DNA of 64,000 nucleotides. It comes from Klebsormidium nitens. Lineage: Eukaryota > Plantae > Klebsormidiophyceae. The notes beneath the pieces are model-generated. The model was not told the DNA's origin, did no database searches, and saw only the letters and a list, made by a program, of their open reading frames with translations. Position 1 is the first letter of the stretch; each line of letters begins with the position of its first letter. A program made the position numbers and the translations under genes. Below, in pieces: positions 48,061 to 61,100 of the stretch. The stretch is from contig DF236995.1 in the NCBI GenBank assembly GCA_000708835.1, forward strand, positions 62,001-126,000, written 5' to 3'.

Positions 48061-49519
48061 ATCGATGTGTCAAGAAATCTGCCGGCGCTGAGAGTCAAGT
48101 AGAAGTAGAAGTCTCAAGCGACCCCTCTTTCAGAAGCTTGTCTGTTTGAATATGAAGTAGCCCAATCATCACTCTTTGCAAGTTCACGGCTTCTGGTATT
48201 TGAAAGGGAGGGGCAGTCGAGGCAGCCTTTTCATTGTTCATATGCTTGTCTGGTGATCTGGTAAATTTTGATCACTGTTCGTCGTTGGATCATCTTACGT
48301 ACAGTGGCGATCGGCGCCTAGGCGGCTTTAAGTTAAGCTTCTAGGTTCAAAGACGGCTCGAAGACGGTTCGAAATACGCGCGGAGTCAAACTTACAAAAC
48401 TTATTCCTCCAAAAGTCCCTTGAAGCTTAGATTGAGTAAACCACTTACACGGGTCATAGACAACGAGCTTGGACTTGTGCTGGACAGGTACAAATCACTG
48501 AATTGCTTCGATGTAATCAGTTTAGCAACACGGGCCCGGCCTTGATTGAATTGACCCCCGGCCATTCAATAACTTCATAAGTCACAAGCCTGACCGTTAA
48601 GTTATATGCATCCGTTTGATATTGTCATACGCTTCCGATCAGCCAAGTCTGGGCATGGTGATACACTGATAATACAATTGGCGCGCCGCAAAGCAATGCC
48701 TCTTATACAGTACTGACGGTTAGTATAGTATACACAGATGCATATGCAGGCTGTACGTTGTTTGTCGTTATACAACACTGAGTCCAAGTACGGTATATCT
48801 ATATATCGAAATCTGATTGCATAACCATGTACGTGAGGGCCTGGTGAATGTCGGTGAATGCCGCGGGACTCGTCTTGCGGGCGCCTGGCACCCATGACGT
48901 ACCAGGCTTTCTACAGAAGTTATTGTCTCGAATACCTAACTTATGATATATGGCTGGGGAATCGGGATTGCATGCACGTCAGATCGTATTGGCAATGGAC
49001 ATATTTGGATATATCAAGCTGATCGAAGCATGAGGTGGGCGCCCGCATGGCAGGCGCATCTAGGCATCTACATCTAGAATCCACCCATAACAGATGTTCG
49101 ATACCGTACACGATGGGAGATAAGACCACAATTCAAGTCAGATTGGGATCGGACGTGCTTGCGAGTGCACGGGCTAAAATGCCTCGCTGCGATCATGTGT
49201 TGCGTGACTCAAGACTAGCTGTACGTCAGACGGTCACTGGCATCAATAGCTACATAGGACTTCCACTCAACACATTAAACGGTTGTCAGTGTTGCGTTCA
49301 ATATGACGAGCCGTCTACAAAAGGATATTGCGCAGCGCGGCTGTCCAGACACGTCTACAGACTTGCTATCATACAACTAGCTGCTTCTCCGCATTTCGCA
49401 CACCTCGATTCCCTGTACATGGGCACACGTACTCGATCTGCCAGAATTACAATACGGTTCCAATCTGCTTGTACAATCTACTCCTTTATGAGGACAAAAA
49501 TGCATGACGGAGATGCCTC

Positions 49520-52500
49520 TCAAACCTTGGCATCCAAAGTCCTCTCATAATCCTCGATCGATTTGAACAACTCGGAGAAGTTGCCCTTGCCGAAACCGCC
49601 GCAGCCGCCCTTCTGCTCCATTTTGCCGTTCTCCTCGTAGGTGCACCCGATGCGCTGAATGATCTCGATGAAGATAGTAGGCCTGCAGCACGGATCGAAA
49701 AGCTCATTTTATACACACCTGCTGAAAGTCCTGACACAACGCCCGTTCCTACCATCAATTGGGGCCGAAAAGTCGAGTCAAGGAGATGACGACAATCAGG
49801 CCAGACTCGTCACATCGTCACAAGGTCACAGTCGAAAGTGTTTGGCAGGGGCATAGATTGCGGAACCTGTCGGCAATACAAACAATAAAGTCGGGGCCTG
49901 CCCCATGTATCTTCTTTGACCTAACTCTTGCATGTGCGTATTGAAAGAGGCGGGTTCAGATTAGGTGTTCGAAGCAAGTGCGACGCTATACAAAACAAGT
50001 ATCGAGAAGTGGCTGAACACACTCTTCTCATGATATCGAGAAGCGCCTTCAATTTTAATCTTCCATCCGCATGCCACAGGCGCAACTCTTCAACTTTCCA
50101 ACGACGCCCATCAAAAGAACGCGGCCAATTCGTACGCACAAGAATGCGACTCAAAAACCACACGTATTTCTAACGAACAGGGGAAATCATGTAACCTTGG
50201 GGCGAACTGCAAAAGGTTTATGAACACCGAACGGCGAAGCACTGCCCCCTTTCAGTTTGAACGGTCCCACAACGACTTGGCTCCATTCAACAAGGATCCG
50301 GCCAGTCTAAGTCGAGCTACACGCCGTCCCTACGAACAGAAATGCAGCCTCCCTTCGACTGACGCAACAAGAACCATGCAAATCAAACAATCAGAAGGTA
50401 ACAAGATAACCGTACCCGCCCCCTCTGATGAACGCAATTATCACTAGCCTCACCTATCCCCCAAAGGTTTGGTAAAGATCTGCAACAGAATCCCCTGGTC
50501 GTCCTTATCCACCAGGATCCCGAGCTCTTGACACTCCTTGAGCTGTTCGGGCGTCAGATCGCTCCCCACTTTCTCGGGCAGGTTCTTGTAGTAGTTTTCC
50601 GAGGGTCGCGGCATGAACTCGAACCCTCCGACCTCAGTGCGCTGGCGCATCTCACGGAGCGTCGTGAAAATGTCGTCGCACTTGAGCGCCAGGTGCTGCA
50701 GCCCGGGGCCTTCATTGTGCTCCAGGTACGTCTGGATCTGCACGGAGGAACGACAACCGGGTTAACTTAACACGAAAGAGTTCGAGTTTTCAGATTAAGG
50801 GTTAACCATTGAGCGCCAGGTACTGTAAGCCCGGGGCCCCTCACTGTGCTCTAGGTACGTCTGGATCTGCACGGAGGCAAGATAACCGGGTTTACGTAAC
50901 ACGAAAAAATCGTGTTTCCAGATTAAGGATTAACAATTGAGCGCCAGGCGCTGTAAGCGGCGCCCCTCGTTGTGCTCTAGGTACGTCTGAATCTGCCCGG
51001 AAGAGAGTAACCGGGTTTGCATGTGACCGACATTAGCAGGTAATCTGGCTTCGCATGGGAAAGTTGGGTTCTGAAAATCAAGATTCTGAAAACCAGGCGC
51101 TGCAGCGCGGGGTCCTCCTTGTGCTCCAGTCACGTCTAGATCTGCCCGGGGGAAGATACCTCGGGTTAGCATGTGACCGAACTTAGCTAGTGACCGGCTT
51201 TAGCATGCCAAGGCTGGGTTTAAGACTCAGAACATACGTAAGCCCAGGTTCTGTGACCCGGGGCCCTCATTAACTCCAGCTGCGTCTGAATCTGCCCAAG
51301 GGAAGGTAACCGGGTTTAGCAGAGGTAAAGCAAGGTTTAGAGAGTCAACAAAACCCTGGCATCTAAACTGGTTCTCAGCGGAACGGAAGGAAGGGAAGAC
51401 CACAAAGCAAAAGAATCCTGCATTTGACGAGGATTCGAGGTGGCAAGGAGGAACAGAACGGAAAGCGGCGTGAAGACCAGGAATCAACAGAACCCTGCAT
51501 GTGCATTGGTCAAGCTGGCCAACAGGAAAAGGACGAAAAGTGGGGTGAAGACCAGAACCAACGATATTTTGAGCGGGCATAACGCAACCAGGGAGACCAG
51601 AAGCGAGGAAGCGGTGTATGTGGAAGGTAACGACGAGGGAAGGGCTTTAAGAGCGTCCGATTGGATCACTCCCGATCTTACTGTACGTTCGGATCCGGTC
51701 ACGAAAGTATGGGGGTACATATTGGACACCTGAGGATTCAAGCTTGCGTACGACTCTTCCTCAACTACAGGACTGAAGGCGGCAATAAGCTGGTATCCAG
51801 CTGTACAGTGTCAATATACAAAATCAAAACGAACACAGAGGAGGGAAGGCGAATGACAGTGCCACGGATCCTACAGTACGTCACTTCAACAGCACGAGAT
51901 CTGCGCTTTGCCAGGGTTGATGAAAGGCGCTCATCGACGAGTCTAGCGTTTCCTGGGAGCCAAACGGGAGAACAAACATATGCAAGTAGTTTCGCCTTCT
52001 GGGGATGTGGGAAACGGAGACAGCTGCAGTAGACTAGCGGCTTCGCAAAAAAATGCAAACCTCTAAGAGCCTTGGACGAAGTATGCCCTCACGAGAAGGA
52101 AGCTACAGGGCGTAGAATCCAACATAGAAACTCAATACTTGCGGTATCCATGCTGACTCGAACGTCGAGCCTGGACAGGCAAACATAATTCCAAACATAA
52201 CCAGATTCCATGGTGAGACTTACTTGTGACTTTCTCTTCGTCCCGAAGGTCGGTTCGTCTGCAACGCGAGAAGGAGAACGATAAGCATGTGGCACTATTT
52301 TTAAGTCGTCGTGAGCACATTATTGATGTATGCAAGACATTTTTTGAGTAAACCTTGGGACTACAAGGGCACCGCATAGAAGGGCTCGATCACGACCGCG
52401 AGTGGCTCCCTCATCTGACATATGTCTGGCTAATCACAGTAACGACCGTAAAAGCTTTTCAAAAAGGGCTTTGGTGAAAGTCTTCCTGTTAGCTATACAC

Positions 52501-54023
52501 CTCTGGTCTTATCTCTGGTGTTATCTTTAAACCTCTAGTCTGAGTGAGCCGGACCAACAACTGTCTCCTCATCCCGCTTGGCTGTGTCAAGAAATGGGCA
52601 GAGAGGCACGCTGCGGCTCTTACTGACTGGCATGATGACCCGCTCGTTGTTGCTCGCTAGCACCATGCTGTTGAGGCCGCTGTCCACCGTGCCAATGTCT
52701 TCTGCAGTAAACTCGGCAAACTCGTGAAAGCCCGTGGCGTTGGCGAGGTAGTCGATGGTCTCCAGAAGGTGAGGGACATTTCCGACAGCGTGGTCGAGCC
52801 TGCAAAAATCATGCCACTAGAAGTGAGAAAGGGGAAAGACAAAGTGATCGTGAAGAAGGGTCCCAAGTGAAGATGGACTTGTGGAGATCGGACTCATAGC
52901 AAGCTTCGGCGTCCTGAATTTCAGCCTTCTGAAATACGAGGGTTTTGATTATGCATAGTCTTTAAGGGCCAGAAACGTCTCAAGCAGGTAGCCGAGCGAT
53001 GCTCGAAGCGACTGCAGCTGGAGACTTGAAGGGCAGAAAAGCAGATCAGCTGAGCTGAGACCGTGAAGCGGCTACCTATTGACACACTTCAACGTTCTCA
53101 CTTTCTTGGCCAATTCGTGTCGCGCAAGTATGACCGGGGGCTTAATGGTCAGGCCAGCATAAGGAACCATTGGGACACAAAGTGGACATCTAACTCACAA
53201 GCAGGTAGCTCTTGTGTGCAGAGAGATCGACAGAAAAACATCGAAATCATTGAGAGAAGGCCCAACGCATCGTGTCTTCAACACTGCAGTTTCCTGCCCA
53301 CTTTTTGTCGCCCAGGTGCTAAACCAGAAACTTGATATCCTTGTTGGAGCTTTTTCTTTTCTTTCAACGATGACTACAGACTAGAACACAAGGAACCCAC
53401 CTTTGAAGTCCGTAGGAGAGCTGGAAACTTTGCACGGGCTCGTAGTTTGGCAGGAAGGGGCCTTCAAACCCTTTTGAGCTGATAAACCGGAGAACTACGT
53501 CGCCGTATGCTTTAATTTCAGACACCACCGCGGCCTTCCCTGTAGCGCTATCCGTCAGTTCTTTGGGCTCCATAACTCCCTCTGCCCCGTTCCGCACGGT
53601 TTCTTCATATGCCTTCTCTGCGTCGCCGACAAGGATCCCCACTGCCCTCACCCCCAGGCCATGCTTATTTAAAAAGTCCCTTGCGCTTTCCTGGTTGAAA
53701 TCAGGGTGCGGCTCCTTGCTCCCAATTTTCTCAACCTTGCCAGAATACGGGGCTGTGAAGGCGAAAACCAGCTCGTTTGACTGAAGCACGTAACTCGCAT
53801 ACTTCTGGTTTCCAGTGGACATGTCAGACTTGGCCACTAGCTGCATCCCTAGACCCCACTGAAAGCGCCGGAAAGTTGTGTTGGCGTCTCCACAGTAGAA
53901 CTCGATGTGGTGGAAGCGGAGCGCCTCAAACCGGTCCGTCATGGGGTTCGACCGCTTGAAGTTGTCAAACCCCACGAGCTGGCGCTTGTGCGAACCATTC
54001 GAGCTCCCTTCAGCGGGCGCCAT
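49520..54023 (-). CDS. HPPD: 4-hydroxyphenylpyruvate dioxygenase, 426 aa
   Basis: Exons 53401-54023, 52624-52799, 52224-52258, 50454-50737 and 49520-49682 (1281 nt). Motifs: [123 protein letters not shown]. Confidence 0.97.
50738..51320 (-). repeat. Four degenerate copies of the HPPD exon-4 acceptor plus exon start inside intron 3
   Basis: Copies of ...CAG|ATCCAGACGTACCTGGAGCACAATGAAGGCCCCGGGCTGCAGCACCTGGCGCTCAA at about 50810-50890, 50937-51020, 51093-51170 and 51243-51320. Confidence 0.9.
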
Positions 54024-55158
54024 GCTTTTGAGAATGGTCACGTATCCTGAGTCGCCCTTTCTTGCAAAGGGAGCTCACTCAGATGGATAGAAGCACAATC
54101 TTGTCCGCCAAACTGAGGAGGAGAGCTGGAAGAAAGTTCATGAAAAAGCCAGGGCTCAGCAATGAAGGGGGGAAGGGCTGAGCAGCCTGAGCTCAGCATA
54201 TGTGACTCAGACCAGCACATGGTCGACGTGGCGTGTTGCAGCAACTAGGGAAGCGACATCAAGAAAAAGCGCGCGCTGGTTTCGGCCCTTCAGTTGGCCC
54301 GCAGGGCGCACGCCGGCCGGCCAATGGCCATGTGGTTTTCTTATCGATCGCAGCAAATTCCAGCCGTGGATGAAAACCACGTGATCTGACTTAGTGTGGC
54401 AGTTGCAAGTCTGACGTCACCGTGCGCGTGATCTGACCATCGTTGGGAATACCTGCGCCGTCCGATGAGAGTCCCTTTTATCTGACGGGCACAGGGAGTG
54501 CGCAAGAAAGCGCCCATGGGCGGGCACATGACGAACTGGGTTCGTTGAACTCAGGAGTTCTTCTCTGACATCCTGAACGGTGTTGCATAATTCAAAGCTG
54601 GACTCGGAAGCCTGTCTTCACTTGATTTGTGGGCAACTGGAGGCGCAATTGGTTTTCAATCAAGTGGTGAGCTGCATTTTGGGCAAGGACTTGTTGCGAC
54701 TCTGTGCTGGATCAGTGCCTTGCTGGAACACTGCGGCGTTTGTTTGCGCCAGCCACGTAAGAAGTTGTGAATTCGGGACTCTTTTTCAAATGCATGATGG
54801 GCACCGCAACTCCAAAGAGACACAACCTCGTCTTTGTCGAGGAGCACCGTTCTGATTTGAGCTGACATGAGAATCCTTATAAAGTGCTCAGGAAGCCTTG
54901 CTGCATGAAACGGCTTGGAGCACTTCGCATGCGCTACATGAAGGCTCTGGCAGCGGGGCATGATTGAGCTTCACAAGATACGCCTTTTTACTCTTTTAAG
55001 GTTAAGAACAAGCCTTGTAAGACGGGGCATTCTCAACCAGCGGACCTGGGCCGGCGCAGAGTCTCTTAGAAGTAGCACCACCTATGTACGCCGCATAGAA
55101 AAGTTTAAATTGAAGTAAGTTACTCTCCTAGGACAAAGTCCTGATCGTTGCCAGCACA
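54024..55158. promoter_or_regulatory. Divergent HPPD/TauE intergenic region with ACGT-core boxes
   Basis: CCAAT at 54321, G-box CACGTG at 54378-54383 and C-box TGACGTCA at 54412-54419, between two divergent ATGs about 1.1 kb apart. Motif presence only; function is not shown. Confidence 0.35.
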
Positions 55159-58100
55159 ATGGGCCGCTGTATAGCTTCCGCTATGCTGGTGGCCCACCTC
55201 GCCTTTCTCCTCCTGCAAACTTCACTTGCGGAGACGGTGGCGCTTTATCAACGCCCCGGGAATAGGCTCGATGAGCTGACACCGGGCCTCCTTTCCGGTC
55301 TGGGTGGGTGGACGCAACTCCTGGTCGGTGTCAAGAATGGGACTTTGTCAGTAGGGGCGACGCTGACTCAGCTTGGAGTGGGACCGCCAGAAAGTCTTGG
55401 CAAAAGGGATATGGCAGCTGCTCCAACCGACCACCACTGGCCGGTGAGTTCTTCGCACCGTTGTTCAATTCAACAAAGCTTTGCTTTGTTGAAAGACGAA
55501 AAGCGATGTGCATCAGTTAGATTCTATGTTGAATCTCCACAATCAGAGCACTTTTGAAAAAATTTTGCTGGCTCTAAAAGGGAGCTTGTTCAAGTTCAGG
55601 CGCTCACACGTCTCCGTGGTTGTTTGAAAAGAAGTCAAGGGCCTTTGATGGAGTCTCTAGCCAAAAAGACCGTCTGATGCTGTCTGATGCCTTCAATCGC
55701 ATGATTTTGACCTTGACACGTATCAGAGTACACACATACGAAAGATTGTGCAGCGCTTTTTCGATTCTCAGCCTGCACGCAGGCTGCACGTGAGAATTGG
55801 AAAGACCTCTCGGCTCACTCGTTTCCAGAATGTCGCTCGCAACCGTGTGCGTCAGTCTTTATCGTGCTTTTTACAGACCTTCCTTCTCCTTTTTTCTGAG
55901 GCGCCCTGTGTTCTCTGTTAACAGGGAAGCTAGTGCCAACTTTTCAGGAGTGATGACCTTGATTGCTGAATATGACATTGGCACAATCTGAGAACCACTG
56001 GTTGCAACTGAGCTGGAACTTTTATAACACCACTCATTTGTGCACTTTGTAAGCAAGTGTTTGATGTTCATAAAAGTCACTTGTGTATGTTAGAGAAACA
56101 GGACACACCTACGCCTTTGTTCATCAGGGTATGAGTGGCGAAATTTCTTTTTGGGTCGCTTTTAGGCAGAGCTGTTCTGAACAAAAAGGAAGACATTGAA
56201 ATAGATTACCTATAAACTTAAGGGATGATAGAGGTTGAAAGAGCTTGACAGCAAGGGCCTGACCAAAATTGTGAAAGCTTGTTCACAGGACGACCCTTGA
56301 ATGGACTATCGTGGACTACCACAAAACGTCCCAAGGATTAACCACTGGTAAATCCGATAAGGTGACAAGAAGCTGACAGCAAGCGCTGGACTAGAAAAGC
56401 AAAGCTTTTTGACTTTGTTCTAACGAGGGTGATCTTGCAGAACGAGAGACCAAAGTTCCTGCTTGCATTGCAGTGCTTAACACTCTGATTCCTGTACCTG
56501 CAGCCTCTCCGTTTTGATTTTCGGAATGTGTTGGGGGGCGTCCTTTGCTCCCTTGGGGCCACCCTGTCAAGCGCAGCCGGAGTCGGGGGGGGCGGCTTGT
56601 TTGTCCCAATCTTCAACCTCGCGCTCCAGTACGATGCCAAGACATCCACAGCCCTGTCTCAGGGTGGGTAGTGATTTGAGTCCAAGCAAAGCGCCGTGAG
56701 AGGTTTTCATGAGCTTCAAAAAAGTCACCTTGTGAACGCATTCCAAAATTGCAAGCGGTCCTTTCTCCTTTATGGGGCATCAGCAGTCATGCGCGGCGGA
56801 AAGCTGGAGTAGATATTATGCATCCCCATGCACCACCGGCCAATGAAAGTTGCCTCTGAACAAAGCATCACACTATCTTTTCTTGGTAACATCAGGCGCT
56901 CTCAAAAGGTCTCGCTTCTGTCACTCCCTTACCACTCCTCAGCTGACACCATCTTGCGCCTCTGCCCTGCAGCTGTGATTGCGGCCGGGTCCCTAGTGTC
57001 AATCCTGTACAACATCAAGCGGAAGCACCCGTCGCAGGACACGTCCTTGGTCGACTTCGACCTGGTCATGCTGTTTATTCCGGCGCTGCTCACAGGGATC
57101 ACTGTCGGCGTTGTGTTGAACCAGCTGTTCCCAACGTGGTGCATCATCCTGCTCTTGACAGTACTGCTTGGATGTAAGTTTCTTATGGCGTATTTCATGA
57201 CTTCATTTGCAGTCCTGCAATCTGCGGAGTCCTGGAAAGTTTCATCCGTTTCTCGCTGATGTTATCGTGCCAATGTGATCGGTGTTTTTGGTGAGATTGT
57301 CTTCAAATACACATTCTGGACCGTCTTCTCCTCGTTTGACGTCTGCTCACCATCACAGGGTTTTTGAGGTTCTCAGCCTGTCACCGTTCAGATGAACCGT
57401 GGGGCAACTCAGCCTCTCGGTGCTGCTTTCTTGTCCAAACGGTCATGGAAGAGCATCAGTCCATGTTTACTGTGGGCGCTTTCCTCTCAAAGCGACAACG
57501 AGCTCAGATTCTGGTCCGAGTGATGGGTTGAAACCCTCGTACTTAGCAAGCAAGGGAGGAGGCAACTCTGTCAACTCTGATGAAAGAATCTGATAAAGGA
57601 ACCTGATGAAAAAGCATTGTGTAAAAGGAATCCCCTTTTTCCTGCAGACATGAGCTTCCTTACCCTCCGGAAGGGCCTCAGGCTGTGGGAGTACGAGACC
57701 AAGCTGGCGGTGGTAAGCCTCCATGCGACTCCACCGTCCGTTCGTTTCTGTTGAAGTATCAGGATTTGACTGGAGCGTCCTAGCGAAATACACCCTGCTC
57801 TTTTTAATACACAATGTTAAGTCAGATACTCACGACATTCGTTTAGAGACGGAATTCGGAGTGGACTGCACGTATTGATAGGTGGAGCAGCAATCGCCGA
57901 GCCCTCTCCCACTTCGAAGAGGACGCCTTTCACATACACGGCCCAGAAATCGGTTCTCGGCCCCGAAATCACTCTCTTTGCTCTTATGTCCTGGAACTCG
58001 CAAGCAATCTGTCCCACACCTTGATTGGATCAGTGAAACGAAAAGAACGGTCTGCACTATCTCAACGCTCTTCCACCCCTCCTCGTCAGGGTCCAGATTA

Positions 58101-61100
58101 AGCGGCACTAGTCGCCCATCCTCCTTTGTCTTTTTTGAAGGACTTTTGCAGTCTTCTTCAGATCCCTATCCCCACCGTTCAGATCCACGTTGGCGGGGAC
58201 CAGTCCCCTGTCCCTCTGCGCCCTGGATAAGAAGATGGTAAACTCCCATCCTCCGACGAATTTGCAGCTTTTTTCACCTACTCCTCACCTTAAGAATCCA
58301 GATCAAGGAATACCAGTCGCCTACCTCCCTATTCCCCGAAGGGAAGCGGATATAACCTCATCCTTCGACGGAGTTTCGCACTCTTCTTCAGATCCTACCC
58401 CCCACCGTCCAGATCCAAATTTAAGCGGGACCAGTCCCCCATTCCTCCCCCCCTCAAAGAAGAAGCGGGTAGATTCTCTCCCCGAACGAGTTTTGCAGCT
58501 TTTGCATATCCTAGCTGTTCAACCTCGTTCACATCCAGACCAAACGGGGCCAGTCGCCTATCCCTTCCCTTCAAAGAAGAAGCGAGTATATTCACACCCT
58601 CTGTACATTCCCGTTCAGCTCTGGAAATCCACATTCATTCTCAACTCACCTCCCCCCATCCTACAGAACCAGACTAAGCGGGACCAGTCGCCCATCCTCG
58701 TTCCCCCCGAAGAGGAAGCGAGTATTCGCACCCTGAGTACAGTCCCGTTCAGTCCTGGAGATCTACACCCTCTTTCATACACCCTCCCGCCCCTCCCTAC
58801 AGATCCAAATCAAGCGGGACCAGTCGCCTATCCCCATTCCTCAGGAGGGGAAGCAGGACCTTTCCTTCCTCTCAAGGAGTTCCGCATCTTTTTCAGCTCC
58901 CTTCCCCCCTCTTACCCTTTCATTCGTCTGTTCCCCAAAGAAGAAGCGGGTATTCACATTCTTCGAAGTCATTTTTGCAGACTTTCAAGATTCCCTCCCC
59001 GCCCCATTGACAGATTCAGATCAAGCGGGACCAGTCGCCCATCCCCCTCCCCCCCGAAGAGGAAGCGTTCCAGGCGTTGGACGCGAACATGGTCGGGAGC
59101 GAGGGAATGGCGGGCCACGTGGACCTCCTGGGGGAAGCGGAGAAGGCGCGGGGGGGGTCGCGCAACAGCAATAGCGTCCCCCTGCTGCGAAACCTGCGGG
59201 AGTACCCGGGGAGTCACAACCCGGTAGATGTAAGTGTGGGAAGCTCTTTTGGTCGTCGAAAGATAGCGGCCGTTTGCAACGTCGAAAACGCATGCAGTTT
59301 GTCTAGAGGCGGTTGGAAGGCTAGAGTCGAAGCGTGGAAACTCTGTGATTCGAGCAAAGCTGTTTCGAGATTGTGCGTTTGGCGTTTGGTGTTTGGCGTC
59401 TGTGCGTTTGGCGACTTTGGGAGTGTCTCGGCACAAGAAGAATGCTGACCTACTTCGGGGTGCCATATTTTGCTTCTTTCGTTTGTGCAATGCGAGCTGG
59501 TCTGTTCTGTTTCCACCCTTTCGCGGAGTTTGACAGGTAATTTTCTCCGGGGAACGCCTCAGGCGCTGACAAAACCCGTACCCTTTGACCAGACTGGATT
59601 CGTTGGAGTGGAAGCGCCCACAACTCTGATTCTTCTTTAAGTTGAGCCAGATGAGATACAGGGTTGGAACCGGGCGGACCCTTTCACGCAAAGCCCTAAT
59701 CACAAACCCCACCTTACCCACAATAAACCCCACCCGTCCCAAGCACTGACCTACCTCAACCTGGCTGTATCTCAACCGGAGATTGGTTCCACTGGAGCGC
59801 CCCTCTTGTAAGGATGTCATCTTATTCCGCTTTCTGGCTGCAGAAGTTCAAGGTTCCCATGGAGGAGACGCCGATCCCGGTGCCGTGGCCCCGGGTGGGG
59901 CAGGCCGCCTTCATCTGGCTCGTCTTCTTCGGCTTGCAAGTGCTCAAGGTGCGGAGTGTTAAAAAACCGAAAGAACTGCAAATACAACACATTTTACTGG
60001 GGGGAAAAGGGGGCAAGGCCTTGACTGTGGCAATAAGCCTTTATCTGGCTCGTCTTTCTCGGCTTGCAAGTGCTCATGGTGCGGAGTAGTCACACACCAG
60101 AAGTGCTGAAGTTACGAAACCCTGCATTTCTGTTGGAAGAAAGGTGGGAACGCCTTCGATGTGGCAGGCCGCCTTGATTTGGCTCGTCTTCTTTGGCCAG
60201 CAATTGCTCAGGTGCGGAGTCGCCCGAAGCTCGAAACCTTGGAACCATGGAACCCTAAAACCTTAAACCCTGAGAAAAAGGCGGTGCAGCCCCAGCAATC
60301 TGCAGTGGGAAAACGGCATGCCCGTGTCATTCTGTCTTGATCAAGCAGCGAAGAGCTCCAAATCGAAGGACTTTGGCTACAGAGCGTTGGCGTCAATTGT
60401 CGCCTCTCGCTTTGCATATCTGCTCTCCTTTCCCGAGCGTTCCGTTTCCGTTGCCCGCCGCGCGATCGCGGCTTGATCCTTGGTGACGTCTCCCATGGTC
60501 CTTTTACTGACGTCACGTCATAATGCTGCAGGGCGGGAAGAGCGCACCGAGCGTGTTTGGTATCACGTCGTGCGACTGGCAGTACTGGGCGCTCGACTTG
60601 GTACAGGTAAGTCTTGGGACCCTGTGATGTTATATCTAGTGATTTGCCCTGTGAAAAACCAGGATTGGAAGCCTTCTACAAAGGACTCCACTACGCTGGT
60701 GATTCCATGTAAAGTGACGTTCTTGATAAGTGTATAGAATGGTCCACTTGAAACTTTCTTTCACGTGCCCACAGCGTAATTACGGACAGGCCGCCATTTG
60801 CAAGGTCAGAGTCGCAGGCACCAGCGTTCCTGAGGCTCCTCTCGCACGCGGAAACAACCTGGAAGCTTGAGTCGCTGATCGTCTGCTGAGTATCAGTAAT
60901 TTCGAGAGAATTGGACACCGGGGCTTTCGTCAGGCTTTCGTCATGACTTGGTGCCAAATGATGGTCGATTCCCGTGGAATCTTAGAACTGGAAGTCAGCC
61001 TGGCTGTAAGAGGTCAACCGCTGAACATCATGGGAAGCATTTAAAGCCAGTACTACAATGTTGAAGGCTAGCCGCAGGTCGCGGTCAGGCGTTCGTGTTT

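Noticed and set aside
58190-59820. 345-aa (+) and 283-aa (-) ORFs
   Set aside because: They arise from the C-rich intronic tandem array and intron of TauE; they have no protein-like motifs and conflict with the in-frame TauE splicing.
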